Shown piece after piece: positions 45,079-55,645 of a stretch of DNA of 64,000 nt. The notes beneath the pieces are model-generated. The model ran no database searches. It had not been told where the DNA came from and was given only the letters and a program-made list of their open reading frames with translations. The position numbers were made by a program, and so were the translations under genes. The first letter of the stretch is position 1. Each line of letters starts with the position of its first letter. Source of the DNA: Hormiphora californensis (taxonomy: Eukaryota > Animalia > Ctenophora). Location of the stretch: positions 4,588,001 through 4,652,000 of the forward strand of contig CM035350.1 in the NCBI GenBank assembly GCA_020137815.1, read 5' to 3'.

Positions 45079-47421
45079 TCACAACTCAATCACTTGGCTT
45101 ACCACGGCATCTATATCAGAGATGATGAGACCATCATCCTCCCTCCTTCTGGAGAGAGTCTTGTGTAGCACGTGCGTCCAGTACTTGTGGCCGGTAGTCT
45201 TGGCCTTTTCATCCAGGGCAATGTCACTCAAATCCCAATCACTGCTGAACTCCTGTCATCCCGGATAAGTGCTGCTTGTAAAACTGGCCGGGTAGTAGTC
45301 CATTCATGAGAGGGGTCATCACTGGCCTTTCCACCTCGAATTCTTCGCTAAGGCCCAAGGACATATTATCACAGCTTTTCGAATCGTTGGATCTTCCTGC
45401 CATAGATTGAGGGCTCCCGCAGCCTGCTAACTTTCTTTTCAATGTTGGAGAGATTCTTCTGGCGTTTATATTCACCAGAAGTTCTTCGTTCTTGTTCCGC
45501 TTCCAGGGCCGCCTGCCGGGCCCTTTCTACATGTTTTGGAGGTTTCGGTGGCCGAAGACCACTTGATCTAGTCCTTTTCCTCGACTCCTCCTCTTTGATG
45601 AATTCCCTCTCCAAGATTTCAGCCGTTTCCTTCAGGATCTCTTCTTTAGTAAGATTCCCATCGGACAGACTATCCATGCTGTTGGCGAGGAACTCTAGAG
45701 AGCCACACCGTCCACCCATTGAACCGGTGCTACCGTAATGACTGTGAAACCGACTCAGAGAAGGCATTGCGTGGGGATCATCTGTGCAACACAAACTTTT
45801 TGGTCGTGATCTTTCTTCGCTCGCTACTTTTAGCATGGCTTCTTCCTCTGCCTTTAATCTGGCTTCTTCCTCTGCCTTTAATCTGGCTTCTTCTTCTGCC
45901 TTCAATCTAGCTTCTTCCTCTGCCTTCAATCTAGCTTCTTCCTCTGCCTTCAATCTGGCTTCTTCTTCTGCCTTCAATCTGGCTTCTTCTGCCTTTAATC
46001 TGGCTTCTTCCTCTGCCTTCAATCTGGCTTCTTCTTCTGCCTTCAATCTGGCTTCTTCCTCTGCCTTCAATCTGGCTTCTTCTTCTGCCTTCAATCTGGC
46101 TTCTTCCTCTGCCTTCAATCTGGCTTCTTCCTCTGCCTTCAATCTGGCTGCTTCTTCTGCCTTCAATCTGGCTTCTTCTTCTGCCTTCAATCTGGCTTCT
46201 TCCTCTGCCTTCAATCTGGCTTCTTCCTCTGCCTTCAATCTAGCTTCTTCCTCTGCCTTCAATCTAGCTTCTTCTTCTGCCTTCAATCTAGCTGCTTCTT
46301 CTGCCTTCAATCTGGCTTCTTCCTCTGCCTTCAATCTAGCTTCTTCCTCTGCCTTCAATCTGACTTCTTCCTCTGCCTTCAATCTGGCTTCTTCCTCTGC
46401 CTTCAATCTAGCTTCTTCCTCTGCCTTCAATCTGGCTTCTTCCTCTGCCTTCAATCTGGCTTTTTCCTCTGCCTTCAATCTGGCTTCTTCTTCTGCCTTC
46501 AATCTAGCTTCTTCCTCTGCCTTCAATCTGGCTTCTTCTTCTGCCTTCAATCTGGCTGCTTCTTCTGCCTTCAATCTAGCTTCTTCCTCTGCCTTCAATC
46601 TGGCTTCTTCCTCTGCCTTTAATCTGGCTTCTTCCTCTGCCTTCAATCTGGATTCTTCCTCTGCCTTCAATCTGGCTTCTTCCTCTGCCTTCAATCTGGC
46701 TTCTTCTTCTGCCTTCAATCTGGCTTCTTCCTCTGCCTTCAATCTAGCTTCTTCTTCTGCCTTCAATCTGGCTTCTTCCTCTGCCTTCAATCTGGCTTCT
46801 TCTTCTGCCTTTAATCTGGCTTCTTCCTCTGCCTTCAATCTAGCTTCTTCTTCTGCCTTCAATCTGGCTTCTTCCTCTGCCTTCAATCTGGATTCTTCCT
46901 CTGCCTTCAATCTGGCTTCCTCCTCTGCCTTCAGTCTGGCTTCTTCCGCTGCCTTTTTGCGAGCTTCTTCTGCAGCTTTTTTACGAGCTTCCTCCTCGGC
47001 TTTTTTCCTCTTCGCCTCTTCTTCATCCTTCCTTCTTTGCTCTTCCAGTCTCCTTCTTTCCTCCTCGATCTTCCTTAACTTTTCCTCCTCCTCCCTTATC
47101 ATCCGAAGCCTCTCCTCCTCCTCTAGGCGCCGTTTTTCTTCCAGTGCTCTCCTCGTCTCCTCATCATTAAAATCCATCTCCTTTGTGTCCACATGCTGCA
47201 TCGCATTCTTCAACTCCTCCAACTTTCTAAGCCGCTCCTTCTCCTCTTCAGCTAAGTTTCTTCAGCGCATCTCTTTTAGAGTCTAAGACGGCCCATTTTG
47301 AGTTTTTCGATGACATGCGCTGTTGCATTCGCTGGAACTCATTGAGCCCGTCATCGTCTGCATTTTTAAGTGGTTTTGGTTGGTAAGGTTTTTTAGATGA
47401 AGTTGCCCCAAATCGGCTCAT
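45079..47421 (-). CDS. Paralogue B: charged single-alpha-helix/coiled-coil protein with (EEEARLKA)n; three +1 frame changes
   Basis: ORFs 47421-47248, 47249-45369, 45370-45239 and 45240-45079 join by +1 shifts. Motifs [33 protein letters not shown] and TTGHKYW..IISDID match paralogues A and C. Confidence 0.7.
45835..46990 (-). repeat. 24-bp coding tandem repeat (EEEARLKA, more than 40 units)
   Basis: GCTTCTTCCTCTGCCTTCAATCTG units on the + strand, with mostly synonymous variation. Confidence 0.95.
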
Positions 47422-47801
47422 AGCACACCTGGTGTGAAGAAGCCCTTTATACCATAACTTGAGATCTACTGAAGGTGTGTTAGTATGGCAACAAAAACAT
47501 GGCGCTACATTTGACAAAGCATTTGCTGAGTTTTTACTCAACAACAAATTATTGTAAGGTATATAGAGTAAGCCGGTGAAACACTGCTCTCAGCGAGACT
47601 CAATCAGCCAAGGCAGGAAAAACAAGCAAAATGACAAAACAAGGTGTAGAGCAGCAGCTGCAGTTCAGCAATACAATGACAGCAGGAGCACTGTAAATCT
47701 CTAGTGTGTAGACAAGAAACATGCGTTTTGTAAATGTACATTCTTTTGGAGAGGGCGAGTGGTAATGTAGGACGTAGTTAATTTCTCACTGAATGTGTGG
47801 G

Positions 47802-47910
47802 CAGGAACCGACCGAAACAAGTAAACAACCAATCAGAACTCGTTATTTAGGTCACGTGACTGGATATCAGCCAATCAGGGACCAGTATTTCCTGATTCGG
47901 TCGGTTCCTG
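47802..47910. mobile_element. 109-bp hAT-type MITE, copy 2
   Basis: Near-identical to 33390-33498. Confidence 0.9.
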
Positions 47911-47972
47911 CTGATGGGTGCTGAAGCTACATGCTACAAATAATGCGTGCTCCATAAAATCAGCGTGCAATA

Positions 47973-50900
47973 TCATATTATTATGCGTTTAATACGTACC
48001 GCAGTATCTAGATCTGTGATGATTTCCTCCCTGTCCAATTTCCGCTCCTTCAACAAGGACCACAGCAAATGGCCCGTGGTAGGGGCCGTGGGAAGGGCAA
48101 TCTCACTATTCGATCGGTGCTTCCTGGGTCCTACGGGGGACTGAACACCGTCAGAGTTCAAATCGTACGAGAGTTTTTGTTCATAGAACGCGGCAGGCAA
48201 CAGTCCTTTGAGAATGGGTTCCGCAGTTACGAATTTATCCTCCAGAGTTGGCACCTTGACGTATTTGGTTCGATCTAGCGTTGGGTCAGGTTTTTGCTGT
48301 TTGTACGCTGATTGTATATGATCGTAGGTCGATACTGGAGACGGTTTAGATGTTTGGACTGCTGGTTTAGTCGGTGTCTGAGTTCGTTTTATCTCAAGAG
48401 AGGAAGGTGGCTGAATCTGCCTCTTGCTCGAAGCTGGACTGGCAGTTACCGGACTGGCAGGATCTTTCTTTTGTTCGCGGTTAGAAAGCAGTGATATCCT
48501 CCTGTTGTACTCATCTTGCCTCTTTATCAGAGGGTGCCTCGGTTGTTCACCACTGGCAACCTTCTTCCTCTTGGTACTCCTCGGAGTACCCTCGCCCTTC
48601 GGATCATCGCTCTCATCCGATATGGTCTCTATATGCTGCTCTGTTGTCTTGCTCGGCAATTTCAGAGGACTTCCACAATCAGGTTCTGCACAGGGGCTAT
48701 ACTCCGTATCCCCATCGTGTCCAGAGTATCCAGCGTCTACCGGTGTTGGTTGGTCGGGACTTATATCGGAGGGGCTTCCACCAACGGAAGGGGAAATCAT
48801 CAACAGCGTACTCTTTAGATTGAACGATGGGAGAATGAGAACGACTGGCATTAGAAGACTGGGGATCGAAGACGTTATCGCTACCAATTGAATCCGATTT
48901 CAAATTACAAGGCAGAAGATTTTCTACCAAAATATCAGGATGAACGGTTTCACTTGCTGAGTGTTCCTCAATGAACTTTCCCAGTTGACCAAGACCCAGT
49001 GCGGTACCACCATTACATACAGTGCTCTTTTGGGTATTATCAGGATGTTTCAGAGGGTAACTGTGATCCTGATCGTTCAGAAGCCAGCTCCGAACGGGAA
49101 TCTAACCTGCTCTCAAAGGTCTTATGAGGGCTAACGTACCCGTGGCCAGGGATAGGGAGATATCATTGGATCTGCTGAGAAACTCCTCAGGCACGAGGGA
49201 AGGGTGGCGGACCCAAGATCATCGTACGCTTCCTCTGGATCACCTGTTATAGAACCATCGAATACGAATCCCTGGGAGTCGAGGGTTTCAGGGCGCAACT
49301 TTTGTGCGACTATAGCTGGGTTTTGGGGAGGTTCAGTTTGGTCTCCTTCATTCTCATTTCCAATGAGAGGCTGGATTATGTCCTCAGAAGGAGCCATATT
49401 TTCTGCTATAACAGACTGCCCTTCATCTTGGTTGTCATCTGACTGAATGATTTCGTTTTTAGAATCTTCAAGTTCAATCCCAGGTTGGCCAAATTCAATA
49501 TTGTTTTCCTCATTCACCTCAAAAGGTTCGGCATTAGTTTCAGCGGTGGTTTCAGTTTTGTCTGCATCTTCCCGATTATCAGCCACTTCAGCTGCATCCG
49601 CACTGGTCTGGACGTCAACCGTATCTTCCTGGGGTTTAGTCTCATTTGTCTCCTCTTGAAGTTCAGCTGTCTCCTCTTGAAGTTCAGCTGTCTCCTCTTG
49701 ATGTTCAGCTGTCTCTTTCTCAGGTTCAGCTGTCTCTTTCTCAGGTTCAGCTGTCTCTTCTTGAAGTTCAGCTGTCTCTACTTGAGGTTCAGCTGTCTCT
49801 TCTTCAGGTTCAGCTGTCTCTTTCTCAGGTTCAGCCGTCTCTTTCTCAGGTTCATCTGTTTGTTCCAAGGCTTCAATTACCTCAGTTGTTGGCTCGACTG
49901 TGTCAGCTCTCGGTTCCACTGTGTCAGCTCTCTGAGTATCCTCCATAAATACCCCATCTTCAGTCATATTCTCTTCAATTTCGGGGACTGTTTCAGGAAT
50001 ACTCTGGTCATCCGAGATATCCGAGAAGAATGAAGATTTTGATTTGATTTCACAGGTGAGGCATCCATCTGAGGTATCATCCGCATCCTCTTCGTCCGAT
50101 TCGTAGCTGTGACATACAGATGCCCTGTAGTCGTCAAACGAAAACTCAGGGTATCTTCTTTTAAACTGCTCGATGATAGATTTTGCTCGTGCTTCAAATA
50201 CATTCTTGCGATTGATTCTTTTCTCAAGGAGACGCAATCTTGATACATCATCCGCCCACTCTTTTCCTTGTAAATGGTCTTCAAACGCCCCTCCTTCGAT
50301 CTCAAATCGCTTGAAAGTCCTATCAACTATCGCCTTAGCTTCTTCAATTTCTTTCTGCAGTTCCTCTTTGATCTTTTCGAACTTTATGGCAGTACTCTTG
50401 GCGATCATTTCCTCAATTTCTTCAGCTGTGAATTCCTCAAATTCAATCTCTGCAACGAAATCAGCTTCAGGAAACCGATCTTTGTACTTCTTGTACAAAC
50501 GGTCCTTCCTCACCATCACCACATTTCGAGAGGAAAGCTTCATTTGGGCCTCGGAAATATAACGGCGCTCGTCCTCCCAATCTTTTGATTTCAAGAAATG
50601 ATCTGGATCAGTTGTTTCTCTTAGAATATCATCAAGTTTGGCCATTTCACCAGAAAGACGAATGAACTCCACCCCCTCATCGGTCAGCTCGTACCCAGGA
50701 GAGGGGAGATCCATGCCACACTCTGGATACCTCCTTCGGGCCTCCTCCCGAGCCATGCTCTGTGCTAGCAGCCGGATATTGCTTTGATTCACGTGGGCTT
50801 TGATAGCCTTTAACCGCGCTACCTCATCAGAAAAACCAGTGGGAAAGTTGCCTGGCCGATTTAGCTTCTCTTCTACAGAATCCATACGTTCTCGGATGTA

Positions 50901-52296
50901 CTTGTCGGCGAGACCAGCATCATTCAATTCGAAATTTTCGTCGTCACATTGGTGCTCCTTTATCAAATCAGTTGTCGTTTCAGTACCGTAGATCAGTGCT
51001 AAGGCGTCTTTTGTAAGCTGCTTAGTGACGTTATCACCTGTCACAGCACGGTTGCTCTGCTCAAGAATCTTTGAAATCCCAGGGAACTCCTCACGTAATG
51101 ACTCAACACTTTTACCAGCTGTAGTTAGAACGATTTTCTCGAGCCGCTCTACTAATTGCAACCGCTTCACCTCAGCTTCCTCCAATTCATCAGGCTCCAG
51201 AGTTATTGGGTATTGGTAACTTGGGAGTTCTTCTTTGGCTCTCTTCAACACATCTTTAACAAGATAGTTATACACGTTCCTCTTGTTTTTCTTCTTCTTC
51301 TCACTCGTCAAACCATCCAAATTAAATGTCCATTTCAGGGCTACTGAATCAAGGATGACATTCTATGTTGTCTGTAAGAATCCAACACATCTTGAATCTC
51401 AGATATCTCCTTTTCGATTCTCCTCCTCATCATTTCCTCCTCGGTATACTCATCAGGCTCAAGATCAAGTGGGTAAGAACAGCCCGGATACTTCTCACCG
51501 GCCACCCTGACGATCTTCCTCTTGCGGGCATTTGAGAGGTTGTGATGGTTCACCTTCTTCCAACTACCAACCAGTTCCTGTATCTCGCCCATCCACTGGG
51601 TATCATTCGATAGTTGCTCAATTGATGACGTCAGATCAATCTCAGAGAATGCTTCCTCCACCTCTCGTTTCATTTTCTCCTCCTCTGTCAGGTCATCTTC
51701 CTCAGGGGATAGCTGGAATTCCTCCTTAACCTCTGGCACAATGATACTATAACGTCTTACAATACTCCTCTTTCTGGCTCTGATCAAGTTCCGTTTGGAT
51801 ACCTTCTTCCTCCCTGCCACCAGTTCTTTCACCTCCTCATTCCACCCTCGACTCATGATCTCCTCCAGCCACTCCTGGTACTCCTCCGACTCAATGTCAA
51901 GAGGTGCCCTTTCCACCATCTCCTCCGCCTCTCGAAACTCATCCTCCATCTGGCTGCGAACCTTACTGGGATCATATTTAAACCCAGTCTTCTCCACCGT
52001 CTCTACATTGTTCATACTGTTCTTCATATCTTCGATCTCCTTCTGCAACCTTGCCTTCTCCTCCGCTTCAATCTTCTTTAAGCAGCCAGCCGGGCCGCTG
52101 GGTCTAACAGCTGAGAACTGGCGCCGCTTTTTGAGATTCGCCGAGCCATTGCCCTGAAATCTTCAGCCGGTGCATCTGTGTTTTTGTTGTTGTCGGACTC
52201 CTGCCGAGAGAATCCAGCTGGAGACCGGGAGACTCGCCTTTCAAAGTCTTTCCTGAAGTTCTTCCTCTCTCCGAAAGGGGAGCCATTAGTTGCCAT
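47973..52296 (-). CDS. Paralogue C: large acidic helical-repeat protein (~1440 aa); five frame changes
   Basis: ORFs 52296-52078, ~52078-51341, ~51341-49131, ~49132-49040, ~49041-48790 and ~48790-47973 are contiguous. Shared N-terminal (DF..LLD..KKIE.EEK.RL..VETVEKTGF) and C-terminal (GLLPAAFYEQKLS, TTGHLLW..IITDLD) motifs. Internal W-x17-N...YP repeats and TAEPEKE repeats. Confidence 0.7.
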
Positions 52297-52563
52297 GATG
52301 GCATATCACCCGGCCCTGAATGTTATGGATATCTGAGTGGGACCTAACGAGCTAAAGAAATTGGGACAACAATACGAAACAGGCGTTTCTATAACTGATG
52401 TGGTTAATAAATGTAACGGCAGCCCTATTTATAGGAACTGTGGGAAAAGCAAAAAGAACAAAAAGAACAAATAGCTGCAGGTCCGCGAATCACGAGAAAG
52501 CTTATAAGCGCAACAGCTGAATGAATCGAGATATGTTATATGATTCTCCTACCCAGGTATCTA

Positions 52564-54080
52564 GGGTAGGAGGGGGTAATTCGGGTCAGTTGGTAATTCG
52601 GGTCACTTGTTTGTAATTCGGGCCATTCTAATGTAACAAGATTTGGCGGGAAAATTTGAAATACGGAATATCGTTCATTTCCCGATTTTGGATTCAATTG
52701 GTATTCCCGTGAATTTGCGGAATTTTTTCGAGAAGAAAACATATGATTTTATCCAATGGGATAATTCAGCACTTATTGGCTAAGTTTTTGAAGGAATTAC
52801 GTAATTATTGATTTACCAAAATGACGTCATAAAACAGTGTGTCTAATTCGGGTCATGTTTGTAATTCGGGTCACAGGCAAAGCGGCTAATTCGGGTCACC
52901 TTATTTTTGCGATAAATCAGCAAGTTTGAGTGATTTCTGGCCCCATATTTTATGTTTTCTTCTCGATTTGGGGCCTCTGGGGGCCTTTAGGGGCCTCTTG
53001 GGGCCTTTAGGGGTCTCTAGGGGGCCTCTAGGGGGGCCTAGGGGCCTCTAGGGGCCTCTAGGGGCCTCTAGGGGGGCCTCTAGGGTCCTCTAGGGGCTTC
53101 TAGGGGCCTCTAGGGGGCCTTAAGGGGCCTTTAGGGGTCTCAAGGGGTCTCAAGGGGGCCTCTAGGGGGCCTCTGGGGGCCTCTAGGGCCCCTAGAGGCC
53201 CCCTAGAGACCCCCAAAGGCCCCTTAAGGCCCCCTAGGGGCCTCTAGGGGGCCTCTAGGGGCCTCTAGGGGGCCTCTAGGGGCCTCTAGGGTCCTCTAGG
53301 GTCCTCTAGGGGCTTCTAGGGGCCTCTAGGGGGGCCTTAAGGGGCCTCTAGGGGCCTCTAGGGGGGCCTAGGGTCCTCTAGGGGCCTCTAGGGGCCTCTA
53401 GGGGCCTCTAGGGGGCCTCTGGGGGCTGTTTTAGGGGCCTCTAGGGGGCCTCTAGGGGCCCTAGAGACCCCTTGAGACCCCTAAAGGCCCCTTAAGGCCC
53501 CCTAAAGGCCCCCTAGAGACCCCTTGAGACCCCTAAAGGCCCCTTAAGGCCCCCTAGGGCCTCTAGGGGGCCTCTAGGGGCCTCTAGGGTCCTCTAGGGG
53601 CTTCTAGGGGCCTCTAGGGGGCCTTAAGGGGCCTTTAGGGGTCTCAAGGGGTCTCTAGGGGGCCTCTAGGGCCCCTAGAGGCCCCCTAGAGGCCCCTAAA
53701 ACAGCCAACCATCAGCCAACCAACAGCTGGCCCGAATTACAAACACTTGACCCGAATTAACCGCATGATTTCAGCGGCAACACGCTGTGTTGGTAATTCG
53801 GGTCATTTGGTCACGTGTTTGTTTGCGAGGGCTGTGATTGGCTGAATACGCGCGTGGCCCGATTTAGCCACTGACCCGAATTACCAACAATACGCAAACT
53901 AACGATTTCGTGGGCTTTTTTATGTGTGAAAAAGGTTGGATTTGAAAACTTCAACAGTCCAAATATCTTAACAAGTGTCACATTGGATAAATTGAATAGA
54001 TTTTATGTGCAGACATTCTGCCACAACCAAGGGAATACCACTTTAATCAAAAAGGTGACCCGAATTACCCCCGCCTACCC
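52564..54080. mobile_element. Non-autonomous TIR element (TA TSD, Tc1/pogo-like) carrying a GC-rich minisatellite
   Basis: TA|GGGTAGGAGGGGGTAATTCGGGTCA...TGACCCGAATTACCCCCGCCTACCC|TA. Repeated AATTCGGGTCA subterminal motif. (GGGGCCTCTA)n core at 52970-53700. Confidence 0.85.
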
Positions 54081-55505
54081 TACACACAAAAAAACACATC
54101 CATAAGGAACGCGGGCGAACTTTGCCTAGCGAGTGTATTTCAACACTTCGTCTCTAAGTTATGTGTGTGTACAACTACTACTTCAATATTTAACTAGGAC
54201 GCGACGTTAACTAACTCACTACTGTGCAGGTGTCTACAGTAGCAGCTGTGGCATCTGTGAGGCAGGTGTGATAAAATGAAAGTAATTGGTAATAATTATA
54301 CTAGGAAACAGCGCTATATAATACTCGTCAAAATTGGGGTAGATAGCTGGAGCTGCCAATTAATATTATAAGGAGAGGTAGTGGATGCAAAGTTATTGGT
54401 TAACAATCGGTGGCCCCGACGGGTCGTGTAGGACTGTGTGTGGCAGAAAACAAAATTATCCGTGTTTCAAACACGCATCCGTGTGAGTGTAACACACGCA
54501 TGGTCTCTTTGAGAGAGTGAGGGAGGGAGTGAGAGAGGGAGAGAGAAAGAGAGAGAAGCAGAAAAAAGAGGCTTGCTGACAGCGTGACAAGACGTATAAT
54601 ACCATGTGACCGGTACTGGACCAATAAAACATAGCCTCCATTCTCTCTTCGTACATTCCTCAAGTGGCCCATGTAAAACAACTAAATTAAATTTGCCCTA
54701 TACCAACGACTAACTAGGTGCGACAAGCACATGTGTGTATTTAAATGTGCATACCTCATACAACCATGACGCGTGATATTGTATCTTGGGTGTGGCAGGA
54801 CGTTGATAGATGGATGATGAATTATTGGACCGTTACAGCTGTGATACGATTAAAGGAAACATGGCCATGGTAAATGCGTTCTAGAGAGACAGAAATTGTT
54901 ACGTGAAACGTATTATATATCGGCCTATCATGATGCCGAACTATGACATTATAACATCGGGCAGATACAATTCATCCCTCCCGTTATTTTGACGATGTTC
55001 CATTATTGGCTAACAAGGGTCAGGCATATGATGCCCACGTACGAGTTGTCGTGTGCCGCTAAATATAGCGCTGGTTAAATTTGTTCAGATACCGGAAAGG
55101 GTGAAATGTCTAGCACTAAAATATCGTTCAAGTTATCGGCTATCGCATTTACAGTGTCCAAAAGTTCAAAGCTGCACAGAAAACGTGTAGTAAATGGCTA
55201 TATAGTGCAGACATATAATCAGACATAAAATATCAAGTATGTCCGTGGGAATGGTATGTCAATATATCTGTATCAGATATAACGGGTATGATATGGCTTT
55301 GTCGAGTAGCGATAAGGATAATGAGTGAAGTGAATATTCGCTATGCCAAAATTTGTCAATTGACCCTCGACACCAAATTACCCTCCCTCATACTCCCAAT
55401 CTCTTCCTTTATTGACAGATTAATCGCTCATCAGCGCAGTACCCAATGCCCAGGCCCCAGTCTCAATATGAATGTATGCATTACGCTTCTTGTAGAGATC
55501 CTCTT

Positions 55506-55621
<116 letters not shown>

Positions 55622-55645
55622 CTCTATCTCTCCTCTCTGTCTTAC

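Noticed and set aside
45784-47286. 500-aa + strand ORF (SSSAFNLA)n
   Set aside because: Antisense shadow of the EEEARLKA repeat; repeat variation is mostly synonymous on the minus strand.
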